Shown here: piece by piece, positions 1-7,595 of the stretch
Layout: each line of letters begins with the position of its first letter
How positions within the stretch are numbered: the stretch's first letter is position 1
Virus record (IMG/VR): IMGVR_UViG_3300030330_003718
Location: 1 to 34,871 of that record
Reading direction: 5' to 3' (one strand)
Length of the DNA: 34,871 nucleotides
Source: a virus
Taxonomy: Duplodnaviria > Caudoviricetes
The notes under the pieces: generated by a model
What the model saw: the letters and a program-made list of their open reading frames with translations, nothing else
Database searches by the model: none
What the model was told of the DNA's origin: nothing
Translations under genes and position numbers: made by a program

Positions 1-93
1 CTGCTGTGCCTAGGGTCCTGCTGTGCCTAGGGTCCTGCTGTGCCCTAGGGTCCTGCTGTGCCTAGGGTCCTGCTGTGCCCTAGGGTCCTGCTG
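1..93. repeat. Tandem array of 17/18-bp units CTGCTGTGCC(C)TAGGGTC, 5 full copies plus a partial
   Basis: Units at 1-17, 18-34, 35-52, 53-69 and 70-87, each with a CCTAGG palindrome. The array runs into the window edge and is followed by GCTTGCGGCG x2 (93-112). Confidence 0.95.
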
Positions 94-122
94 CTTGCGG
101 CGGCTTGCGGCGGCTCATGTAA

Positions 123-135
123 ATTCAATAACTTA
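123..135 (+). promoter_or_regulatory. IHF-like binding site
   Basis: ATTCAATAACTTA has one mismatch to WATCAANNNNTTR and sits in an AT-rich spacer. Confidence 0.35.
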
Positions 136-160
136 GGCGACAAGTCCGAAAAAATCCGAA

Positions 161-204
161 ACAAACGGATTGGAAATTTTTTTTCCAAAAAGATCTCCGT
201 TTGT
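161..204. repeat. Nested inverted repeat (hairpin/cruciform) in AT-rich spacer
   Basis: ACAAACGGA (161-169) pairs with TCCGTTTGT (196-204). TTGGAAA (170-176) pairs with TTTCCAA (182-188). Confidence 0.8.
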
Positions 205-215
205 AATGAATCGAC

Positions 216-314
216 CGAGTAGCGAGGAACGAGGAGCGAGGAACGAGGAGCGAGGAACGAGGAGCGAGGAACGAGGAACGAGGAACGAGGAACGAGGAGC
301 GAGGAGCGAGGAGC
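216..314. repeat. Heptamer tandem array CGAGGA(A/G) x13 plus one degenerate copy
   Basis: Contiguous 7-bp units run 223-313, preceded by CGAGTAG at 216. Two more copies lie at 364-377. Confidence 0.95.
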
Positions 315-355
315 AAACGTTGACGACCGAGGACCGTCACCCGTACGGCTAGGGC

Positions 356-385
356 TTGACAGGCGAGGAGCGAGGAGCGTATAGT
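356..385 (+). promoter_or_regulatory. Sigma70-type early promoter
   Basis: TTGACA (356-361), 18-bp spacer, TATAGT (380-385), upstream of RBS GAGAGG (421-426) and ATG 431. Confidence 0.7.
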
Positions 386-430
386 GCCATCAGACACCAA
401 CCACGCGCGCAATGCGCCAAGAGAGGAAAC

Positions 431-715
431 ATGATTCAGCATTACGAATGGTGGCTGCGAGAGCCCAATGGAAATCTAGACTTCAGTGACAGCCTGCCGC
501 CTAGGTGGCTTGCCGAGGACGGCGATGTCATGCTGTGCTTCACGGTTTGGGTTGACGATCATGGGGTGAAGGAGCGCCACTACGCATACGTCGATCCCGA
601 GACCGGGGAGCTGCCCCGCACCTTTGAGGACTGCGACGGAGATTCCCGTTGGAACCCTGAATCGATACTGGTTCCAGACGAATACCACGACGAACTCAGG
701 AGGACCGAGCGATGA
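431..715 (+). CDS. Hypothetical early protein (acidic, 94 aa)
   Basis: Start moved to ATG 431 after GAGAGG. The stop overlaps the next ATG (ATGA). Confidence 0.75.
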   Translation: MIQHYEWWLREPNGNLDFSDSLPPRWLAEDGDVMLCFTVWVDDHGVKERHYAYVDPETGELPRTFEDCDGDSRWNPESILVPDEYHDELRRTER

Positions 716-921
716 AACCCAAATTCAAACCAGCAAACGACAAGCAAATCAAATCGCTGAGCGATAGCGTCGCAAGCCTCGAGCATTCAACGATGGTGCT
801 CGCCTTTGAACTGCAAGAGGAGCGCAGTAAGCAGGCTCTTTCTTTTATGGTGTTGGCTGTCCTGCAGTCCTGCGCCGATCTGATGAAAACCATGGGGGAG
901 ATTTACGATGAAGACGAATAG
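712..921 (+). CDS. Hypothetical protein
   Basis: AGGAGG upstream and ATGA coupling with the previous gene. Confidence 0.7.
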   Translation: MKPKFKPANDKQIKSLSDSVASLEHSTMVLAFELQEERSKQALSFMVLAVLQSCADLMKTMGEIYDEDE

Positions 922-1168
922 GCAGGCAATGCCCGATAAGATGACCTTTCAGAAGATCCAGACAGCCAGTCGCGACGACCTCGTGGCTTGGCTTCTGAGC
1001 ATTAATAACGACGCCAGTTTGTTGAATAACGCTGGCCACAAACCCCAGCCTCCTGGCTGGATTCTGCTCGAACTGTTCGCTTCTGGCGAGCAATGGTCCC
1101 TGACCATCGAGCAGCTTCGGGCCTTTGCCGAGTTTACCCTTTACTGGATGGATGGCGGCCATGATTAA
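908..1168 (+). CDS. Hypothetical protein
   Basis: GGGGAG upstream of ATG 908; part of an overlapping gene chain. Confidence 0.65.
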   Translation: MKTNRQAMPDKMTFQKIQTASRDDLVAWLLSINNDASLLNNAGHKPQPPGWILLELFASGEQWSLTIEQLRAFAEFTLYWMDGGHD

Positions 1169-1391
1169 CATCAAAACAGAGAAGGGCTTCGTCCGCTACT
1201 TGCTCGGAAAGAAGATCATCGGAATCGAGTTTTGCAGCGAGTGGGGCATGCCGGATAAGGTCATTCTTAAACTCGAGAACGGGAGCCACCTTCAGTTCTT
1301 TGCCCATGAGTCTGTATGTGATTACGGGGAGCCTCTCTGCCCTCATGTAGTGGTGTCATACTGGAAGGCAAAGGGGGCGAGCAATGGCTAA
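1161..1391 (+). CDS. Hypothetical protein (MINIKTEKG...)
   Basis: Start chosen at ATG 1161, which overlaps the end of the previous ORF. Confidence 0.65.
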   Translation: MINIKTEKGFVRYLLGKKIIGIEFCSEWGMPDKVILKLENGSHLQFFAHESVCDYGEPLCPHVVVSYWKAKGASNG

Positions 1392-1521
1392 TCAAGCACG
1401 ACCAGCGCCATGGCGGCGATGGACCCGTAACGATTTACACATGCGCGCCATGTATTGTTTCGCAGCAGGATTCGGCTCTGGTTTGATCTACGCTGCCATC
1501 ATCTGGAGTTTAACGCGATGA
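1384..1521 (+). CDS. Small membrane protein, 45 aa (not in ORF track)
   Basis: MANQARPAPWRRWTRNDLHMRAMYCFAAGFGSGLIYAAIIWSLTR. AGGGGG upstream, one C-terminal hydrophobic helix, overlaps both neighbours. Confidence 0.65.
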   Translation: MANQARPAPWRRWTRNDLHMRAMYCFAAGFGSGLIYAAIIWSLTR

Positions 1522-2195
1522 AGCCAGGAACCAAGAAGAAATACGGCAAAAAGAAGCAGGCAAGAGACAAGCAGATCTTGCGACGGTACATTCAACTGAT
1601 CGGGGAGACCGAGCAGGGGCAAGCAGGTATTACCCCAGATGACACACCAAGGTGGCACCATCTGATCGTTGCTCGATTGGCTGTGGAATTCCGCATGGAG
1701 CGCGCATACATCAAGAAGTGCATCAGGAGTGCAGCGACGAGGAGCACCAACGATCGCATGGTTTCTGCCATGACGGGTTGGATACCAGGAATCCAGATTG
1801 CATGGGGTGGCGACGATGCCATCGCAGCTGTTGATATCGACCCGGACGAAGCAGTCCGCAGACTGGTGGCTGAACTCGAGGGAAAGCCTAGGTCGGTGGG
1901 CGACATGCTGCCTACTGAACTGATTCTGCAGATCCAAGAGCACATGCCAGAAGGTGGGCGGATTACGATCCCGCCAAGACCACGCAGTGAAGACGATGGC
2001 ATCCGCATTCGGCGCATGATCCCGACCGAGGAGGTCATCCGCCAGGATGTGATGATGACATACGACCGAGTGAACAACAGCAGTCTTAGAGCCATTGGCG
2101 AGGCTTACGGAATCTCGCACGCACGCGTGGATACGATCTCGGTCGAGACATTGAAGAAAATTGCACAAACCTGCGGAAAAGGGGTTGACCTTTGA
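1518..2195 (+). CDS. Putative transcription regulator with C-terminal sigma70 region-4-like HTH
   Basis: C-terminus SLRAIGEAYGISHARVDTISVETLKKIA fits the region 4.2 HTH pattern. Start ATG 1518 after GGAG, with ATGA overlap. Confidence 0.65.
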   Translation: MKPGTKKKYGKKKQARDKQILRRYIQLIGETEQGQAGITPDDTPRWHHLIVARLAVEFRMERAYIKKCIRSAATRSTNDRMVSAMTGWIPGIQIAWGGDDAIAAVDIDPDEAVRRLVAELEGKPRSVGDMLPTELILQIQEHMPEGGRITIPPRPRSEDDGIRIRRMIPTEEVIRQDVMMTYDRVNNSSLRAIGEAYGISHARVDTISVETLKKIAQTCGKGVDL

Positions 2196-2235
2196 CGCAT
2201 AAGCCCCCCATTAAGGGCGGGAAAGGACACCAACC

Positions 2236-2442
2236 ATGCCAAGACTAGAAGACAAGACACTAAAGATCAGCGGCATTTATCAGTCGCAGCTTGGAGCACC
2301 TCGACGCATCAACGTTGAGTTGACCAGCGAGGACCTAGAGTACATCGAAGCTGTGCTGCATTACATGCAGGACGACGGAGAACCTACATGGGATGAGAAT
2401 GTGCAGCGCATTGCAGCTGCTGTTACGGAGGCGATGCGATGA
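2236..2442 (+). CDS. Hypothetical protein
   Basis: AAGGA upstream; coupled to the next gene. Confidence 0.7.
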   Translation: MPRLEDKTLKISGIYQSQLGAPRRINVELTSEDLEYIEAVLHYMQDDGEPTWDENVQRIAAAVTEAMR

Positions 2443-2678
2443 GCAACAACGATTACATGTACGCACCATTCTGCGCCAAATGCGGAACACAGGTAGGCGC
2501 TCCTCGCCTGGTTCCTGAAGACTACAAGCCAGTTCGTACGCTGTGCTTTACCTGTCCGGGTGATGCCAAGACTAAGCAAATGCCGCATGACGCTTCGGAG
2601 GATGCTGACCTCGAACGAGAAATGAATCAGTTTCCATTTGCCCCTGCGTTTGCCGATGAATGGGGGGATTTCCAGTGA
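2439..2678 (+). CDS. Small putative Zn-ribbon protein
   Basis: CAKC...CFTC pairs; GGAGG RBS. Confidence 0.65.
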   Translation: MSNNDYMYAPFCAKCGTQVGAPRLVPEDYKPVRTLCFTCPGDAKTKQMPHDASEDADLEREMNQFPFAPAFADEWGDFQ

Positions 2679-3088
2679 GATGCGACGACCTGCCGATCTT
2701 CCAGTGGAGCGATGGCACGAGCACCCCGCTCGAGGATTCACCGATCCCGACTGTTGCCCCAGATTACCCTGAGACAAACAGCACGACGGAGATGTTCGCC
2801 GAGTACCATCGACGAAACCCTGCTGTGTACCGTGCTCTGTTGACCTTGGCTCATGACCTGCGCCGAAGGGGCAGAAAGGGCTTTGGCATGAAGGGTTTGT
2901 TCGAGGTATTGCGCTGGCAGCATGCGCGCTTCAGCAGCGAGGACGAGCCGCTCAAGCTGAACAACCTATTCACATCATACTACTCGCGTCTGATGATGCA
3001 CAATGAACCTAGCCTGCGTGGCTTCTTTAAGCTGCGACGCATGGTCGATGACTTTGACCCAACCAAAATAGAAATGGAGATATCATGA
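2675..3088 (+). CDS. Conserved phage hypothetical protein
   Basis: NPAVY...FEVLRW...KLNNLFTSYYSRL...GFF resembles a widespread phage family. GTG 2675 (GTGA overlap) or ATG 2660 is the start. Confidence 0.7.
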   Translation: MRCDDLPIFQWSDGTSTPLEDSPIPTVAPDYPETNSTTEMFAEYHRRNPAVYRALLTLAHDLRRRGRKGFGMKGLFEVLRWQHARFSSEDEPLKLNNLFTSYYSRLMMHNEPSLRGFFKLRRMVDDFDPTKIEMEIS

Positions 3089-3318
3089 GTATTGTAGATC
3101 CGGCAGCTTGGAGCAGGCTGCAGCGCTTCATCGAAACAGCGAGGAAGTCCCTCGAGGCTGTCGAGGATGCGTTTGATGACACGATGGAGGCTGACGATGC
3201 CTCTACCCCTGCAGAGGCAGAGCAACTGCGTAGGGCTTCGGTTCGACTGGAGGCTGCAGGTGTTAATCTTTGTTACGAGGTCGGTGTGTTTTTGAAGAAG
3301 GAGGTGAGCAATGGATAG
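3085..3318 (+). CDS. Hypothetical helical protein
   Basis: GGAG RBS and ATGA coupling. Confidence 0.7.
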   Translation: MSIVDPAAWSRLQRFIETARKSLEAVEDAFDDTMEADDASTPAEAEQLRRASVRLEAAGVNLCYEVGVFLKKEVSNG

Positions 3319-4138
3319 CTATCATAGTCTTAATCCATTTACTGATGGTGTTAACTGGTCGTTCCTGGTGAAGGCTCACGCTGGTCTTGGTGGCTCCTGG
3401 TCACAAGCCTATCACGACACGTTCGTTGAGCGACCACAGCCTAATGATGCCATGCGCTTCGGAACCCTGGTCCACACCATGGTGCTCGAGCCTGACAGCA
3501 TGAACAGCGAGTTCGTCGTGGCCCCCGAGGGAATGAGCAAGCGCACCAAAGCATACAAAGCACTGGTCGAAACCAACCCGGACAAGATGGTGATCACACC
3601 TGACGATCTGCGCCGTGCTGGAGAAATGAAGGCAGCGCTCATGGCACAAGAGGAAGCAAAGCGCCTGCTCTGGATGACCGATGGTGCAAACGAACAGGTA
3701 GTACAGGAGGTGTTTAAGGTCGACGGACAGGACGTGCCAGTGCGCGCCAAGGTGGATCGGCAGTATTGGGACGATGACGGATCGCTCGTCGTTGTTGATC
3801 TCAAAACCACCAAGAACCCGAGTAAGGCTAAGTTCGTACGTTCGATTATGGACTTCGGATACTTGGGGCAGCTTGCGTTTTACGCTGACATGACCGGCGC
3901 AGCGCAGGCTAAGATCGTCGCAGTGCAAAGCGTTGCACCCTATCAGGTAACAGTGGTGAGTTTTGACACCGAAGCGATGCAGTACGGACGTGAACTCTAT
4001 AAGGACTTACTGATCGAGTATGCGCCGAAGAGAGCACAGGAGTTGGTCAACCCTGGTCCACACAATTGGCCACAGTGCGACCCTGTTGTACGGTTTACAA
4101 TCGACGACGTGCCACCATGGCACCGGAGGAAGAAGTGA
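3311..4138 (+). CDS. RecE/exonuclease VIII-like PD-(D/E)XK nuclease (DUF3799-type)
   Basis: AMRFGTLVHTMVLEP, RAKVDR, VDLKTT and YLGQLAFY motifs; GGAGG RBS. Confidence 0.85.
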   Translation: MDSYHSLNPFTDGVNWSFLVKAHAGLGGSWSQAYHDTFVERPQPNDAMRFGTLVHTMVLEPDSMNSEFVVAPEGMSKRTKAYKALVETNPDKMVITPDDLRRAGEMKAALMAQEEAKRLLWMTDGANEQVVQEVFKVDGQDVPVRAKVDRQYWDDDGSLVVVDLKTTKNPSKAKFVRSIMDFGYLGQLAFYADMTGAAQAKIVAVQSVAPYQVTVVSFDTEAMQYGRELYKDLLIEYAPKRAQELVNPGPHNWPQCDPVVRFTIDDVPPWHRRKK

Positions 4139-4848
4139 TGATGTATGTCAGTCCACAAAGCCACATGGAATTATGGGACAGCCTCTGCAAGACCGATCCC
4201 AAGCACACTCGAGGCTTTAGTACGAGGAGCGGCTTCAAGGGCACGACCATTGATGCGATGTGGCTCGTAAAACGCATGACCGAAACCTTCGGACCTGCTG
4301 GTAGTGGCTGGGGTTGGGATCAGAGCACACGGGAAGTGTCCGTACCCATGCCTGATGGTCAAATCGAGATGCTGGCAATCGCTATGGTTAAGATCTGGTG
4401 GTGGGACTCGTCTGCGAACGAGCGGCGCTACGTGCCAGAGCAGACCGGCTCAGCTCCTCTGGTCCTGAAGCGCAAGCGAGGACCATTGCTAGACGAGGAG
4501 GCACACAAGAAGGCTACCACCAACGCATTTTCGAAGGGGTGCAGCTACCTTGGGCTGGGCGCCGATGTGTTTATGGGTCAGTACGACGACAATCGATACG
4601 TCCAAGAGGTTTCTCGGCATTACGCAGAGAAGGAGCGAGCAGTTGTCGAAACACCGAAAGCCGCAAAGGCTACAGGCATGGAGCCAACGTACAGGGACGA
4701 CATACTGGACGCTGACACCGAAGCTGACCTGATCGTCATTGCAGAGTCGATCGGCAAGGACGGAAGTTTATCAGCAGCACAGAAGGCAAGCCTGCGTCAG
4801 CTGTGGGCAGAGCAGAAAACACGCATCGCAATGAACAGCGATGATTAA
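4138..4848 (+). CDS. Rad52/Rad22 (Sak-like) ssDNA annealing protein
   Basis: IDAMWLVKRMTETFGPAGSGWGW and EEAHKKATTNAFSKGCSYLGLGADVF motifs. It lies between the exonuclease and SSB with TGATG coupling. Confidence 0.75.
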   Translation: MMYVSPQSHMELWDSLCKTDPKHTRGFSTRSGFKGTTIDAMWLVKRMTETFGPAGSGWGWDQSTREVSVPMPDGQIEMLAIAMVKIWWWDSSANERRYVPEQTGSAPLVLKRKRGPLLDEEAHKKATTNAFSKGCSYLGLGADVFMGQYDDNRYVQEVSRHYAEKERAVVETPKAAKATGMEPTYRDDILDADTEADLIVIAESIGKDGSLSAAQKASLRQLWAEQKTRIAMNSDD

Positions 4849-4880
4849 AACAACCGCATAAAGCGGAAAGAGAGGGTGTA

Positions 4881-5282
4881 ATGGGTCTTAATAGGCAACA
4901 AATTCTGGGCAACTTGGGACGAGATCCCGAGGTGCGCCATACCAACAGCGGCACTGCAGTTGCCACGCTGAGGATCGGAGCATCCACCAGAGAGAAGGTG
5001 GACGGCGAATGGACTAGCGTCACCGAATGGTTCGACTGCGTGGTCTGGGGCAATCAGGCAGAGATCGCCGGAAAGCACTTGTCGAAAGGCGAGCAGGTGT
5101 ACATCGAAGGACGCACCAAGACGCGTCAGTACACCGACAAGGAAGGACAGGAGCGATACAAGACCGAGGTGCAGGTGGATCGCATGGAGTTTGCTGGTGG
5201 CAGTCGAAGCCAAAGTAACAACAATAAGCGCTCGCAATACGGCGAGCAACATTACGACCGAGGAGGGAACGTACCGTTTTGA
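4881..5282 (+). CDS. ssb: Single-stranded DNA-binding protein
   Basis: ILGNLGRDPEVR, TEWFDCVVWG, KGEQVYIEGR and RYKTEV motifs; ends in PF. Confidence 0.95.
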   Translation: MGLNRQQILGNLGRDPEVRHTNSGTAVATLRIGASTREKVDGEWTSVTEWFDCVVWGNQAEIAGKHLSKGEQVYIEGRTKTRQYTDKEGQERYKTEVQVDRMEFAGGSRSQSNNNKRSQYGEQHYDRGGNVPF

Positions 5283-5641
5283 ATCAGGAACAAAACACAG
5301 AAGAGCAGCTGACAGAAGAGCAGGACATAAAGCTAAAGGCAGCAGAAGAGACGGCAAACTTCTTGTCACAGATCGACAAGATGATTGACCACCACGCTGA
5401 CTGCTTGGCTTTGTTCACCGAGCAGAAGATGACCTGGTTGCAGCGAGCCTGCATGATCCGGGGAGTTGACGCAGTACGCACTAACGTAGGCTACGGCATG
5501 AGGCTTTACTGGGCGACTGTTGAGGGAGAGGTTGTGAGGGATGATGACGATGAGCCTATGAAGGAAATCGCCAGCCTAAACGACATCCTGTCTATTTCGC
5601 TACCTAAGCAGGACGCAGAGGTTAACGGTGCCGACACTTGA
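5279..5641 (+). CDS. Hypothetical protein
   Basis: TTG start overlaps the ssb stop and fills the gap to rusA. Confidence 0.65.
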   Translation: MNQEQNTEEQLTEEQDIKLKAAEETANFLSQIDKMIDHHADCLALFTEQKMTWLQRACMIRGVDAVRTNVGYGMRLYWATVEGEVVRDDDDEPMKEIASLNDILSISLPKQDAEVNGADT

Positions 5642-6038
5642 AGTCTTTGTGCCTGGCAAGCCCGTCCCTAAACAGAGCGCACGCTTTGGGCGGGGGCGGG
5701 CATACCAGAAGAAGCGGATCACCGACTATCATGCCTTGGTGGCTTCCGCTGTGCACAATGCTGTGGTTACCCAAACAGAAGACTTTGCAAAGATGGTAGG
5801 TCCAGTACGAGTCGAGATCGACGCATACTGGGAATGGCCAAAGCGCACTCGCAAGTCCCTGTCGTCAACCGTTGCGCCCAAGATCACACGTCCAGACAGC
5901 GACAACATCTGTAAGGCAGCGCTGGATGGGTGCTCGAGAGTGTGGGTTGATGATGCACAGGTTTGCGATTTGCGTATTCGCAAGTGGTACGCACCACAGG
6001 AACAAGTAGGAATTAGAATTAAAATCGAGGCAATATAA
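5628..6038 (+). CDS. rusA: RusA-family Holliday junction resolvase
   Basis: VPGKPVPKQSAR, RPDSDNICKAALDG and WVDDAQV catalytic motifs. Confidence 0.9.
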   Translation: MPTLEVFVPGKPVPKQSARFGRGRAYQKKRITDYHALVASAVHNAVVTQTEDFAKMVGPVRVEIDAYWEWPKRTRKSLSSTVAPKITRPDSDNICKAALDGCSRVWVDDAQVCDLRIRKWYAPQEQVGIRIKIEAI

Positions 6039-6850
6039 TGGCTTTCATGGACGAGGTAATGAAGCAGTTGGGCGGCAGAGAACCGGATCTCTCTGACCCG
6101 CAGAGGCAGCCACCACCTAGAAGGTGCGCTGCTTGTGGCGAGAGCGTCGTTTACGAGTGGAAGCGTATGGTTTCACGGCGACGCAAGGGATGGTGGGTCT
6201 TGTCTGAATGTGCAAGTTGCTCAGAACAAATCGCTTTGAGTAAGCACCTGGATGGCACTGACGAGTTGATAGCGTCAGCAAATATCCCCAGTATGTTTAT
6301 CGGTTACAAGACAGGACGCACTGTACCGTCACCGCTGCGAGATAACCTCTGTGTCGATAGTGATAATAGCCATGTGTACGACAGGTGTCTTACTTATGTG
6401 GCGCCTCGATGGATTGTGTTCGCAGGCAGGGTTGGAGTCGGCAAGACAACGTGGGCTACAACCCTGCTTTGCGACCTGATCGACGAAAGGCAAGCAGGCA
6501 AGAAGCCCATGTGGGTTACCGAGGCAGGCTTCTTTCGTAACGCTGATAACGCAGCAGCGACTAGCCATAGCGCCAGAGTCAGGGTCCTGCAGGATGCCAT
6601 CGATGCATCGTTCCTGCTGCTCGATGACGTGGGTGGTAACAGACGAGAGCTGTCGTCATGGCAAGGTGGTGCGATACGTGACCTGATCGACGCAAGGCAC
6701 AGCAACCACAAGCCAACGTTTATTACAACGAACTATAAGAGCTGGGATCGCCTCGCCGAGCGCTATGGTGAGCACATTGTCAGCAGGCTTATCGATGCAT
6801 CGAAGGGAATGCTGCTGATGGGCGGACCCGATAGGCGCTTAAAAAAGTGA
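6038..6850 (+). CDS. DnaC/IstB-like AAA+ ATPase (helicase loader)
   Basis: Walker A GRVGVGKT, Walker B LLLDDVG, then ITTN, SRL and GPDRR; N-terminal CxxC...CxxC. Confidence 0.88.
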   Translation: MAFMDEVMKQLGGREPDLSDPQRQPPPRRCAACGESVVYEWKRMVSRRRKGWWVLSECASCSEQIALSKHLDGTDELIASANIPSMFIGYKTGRTVPSPLRDNLCVDSDNSHVYDRCLTYVAPRWIVFAGRVGVGKTTWATTLLCDLIDERQAGKKPMWVTEAGFFRNADNAAATSHSARVRVLQDAIDASFLLLDDVGGNRRELSSWQGGAIRDLIDARHSNHKPTFITTNYKSWDRLAERYGEHIVSRLIDASKGMLLMGGPDRRLKK

Positions 6851-6874
6851 AGAGGGGGAACCACCCCCCCCTTC
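6841..6874 (-). terminator. Rho-independent terminator for the leftward (late) transcript
   Basis: On the minus strand, a GAAGGGGGGG/CCCCCTCTTC stem is followed by ACTTTTTT. Confidence 0.65.
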
Positions 6875-6939
6875 TAGACACCAACCATGGAAACCATGAC
6901 TGAGGTCATGTCCTAACATCGAACATACGGGAGCGGCAA

Positions 6940-7191
6940 GTGGGTTATCGTGCATGTAAACATTGCGGCGCTGCGCCAAGTTTGGTTGGTACTAACAGAG
7001 CGCTGACTCGGCGCTTGGTTGAGCTAGAAAAACAGATTGTTGAGCTAAGGCGAGAGCGCAACGAATACCGCAAGCAAGCACGGAAACTTACAAAGGAATT
7101 AGAACACAATGATGAGTGCCTCAAAAAGCTGCTCGACAAAATCGATCCCCTTGGAAAACGACCTAGCCGTCATGGCTTTCAACGAGATTGA
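6940..7191 (+). CDS. Hypothetical protein, CxxC plus coiled coil
   Basis: GGGAG RBS before GTG; heptad-like ELEKQIVELRRERNEY. Confidence 0.65.
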   Translation: MGYRACKHCGAAPSLVGTNRALTRRLVELEKQIVELRRERNEYRKQARKLTKELEHNDECLKKLLDKIDPLGKRPSRHGFQRD

Positions 7192-7318
7192 ACTCGAGGT
7201 CATGTTCGCACTGGTGCAAAACGCACTGACGATAGACATTAATGATCCCACAATGCAATGGGCTCAGCCTTATTTGATGGGTCTGTATGAGCGTTTAAAG
7301 GACACCGCTACCATTTAA
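7172..7318 (+). CDS. Hypothetical protein, ~48 aa
   Basis: Last + strand ORF. Start uncertain (7109 or 7172); overlaps the convergent gene by 11 bp. Confidence 0.45.
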   Translation: MAFNEIELEVMFALVQNALTIDINDPTMQWAQPYLMGLYERLKDTATI

Positions 7319-7586
7319 CTTTGTCAGCCCAGTAGGCTGCAGACATCTTGCCCTTCTTGATGTTCTTAGCATGACGCGCCTTAAAGCTGGCACGCTTCTT
7401 CTTCGTGGCTGCCGACTCGCCTTTCTTTGGCTTGCCAGCTGTCTTGGCACCTTGCTGTCCGAAGCGAATCAGCTTGGTCTTAGTGCCTTCTTTGGCGAGC
7501 ACAGCATGGCTTTTCTTCGGATGCTTTGGTGTTCGCTTGGGCTTATTGTAGCCAGAGAAGGTCTCCTTGCCTCTCTTGATTGCCAT
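7308..7586 (-). CDS. Small Lys-rich conserved phage protein
   Basis: IRFGQQG...KKRASFKARH...SAAYWADKVKW resembles a family I recall from aquatic phages; GAGGA RBS. Confidence 0.8.
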   Translation of the reverse strand: MAIKRGKETFSGYNKPKRTPKHPKKSHAVLAKEGTKTKLIRFGQQGAKTAGKPKKGESAATKKKRASFKARHAKNIKKGKMSAAYWADKVKW

Positions 7587-7595
7587 GAATAATCC

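Noticed and set aside
1-93. CRISPR array
   Set aside because: The units are contiguous with no unique spacers, and no cas genes are present.
356-430. TTG start at 356 for the first gene
   Set aside because: That TTG is the -35 box. ATG 431 has the RBS.
125-442. ORFs 125-442 (-) and 170-352 (+)
   Set aside because: They are low-complexity translations of the heptamer array with no clear RBS.
2185-2220. Sigma70 promoter from TTGACC/TTGACG
   Set aside because: There is no convincing -10 box at 16-18 bp.
6841-6903. dnaX-type A_AAA_AAG slippery site plus hairpin at the end of the DnaC-like gene
   Set aside because: It is in phase, but a -1 shift adds only 18 unremarkable residues. The A-run and hairpin are explained more simply as a minus-strand terminator. 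Not fully excluded.
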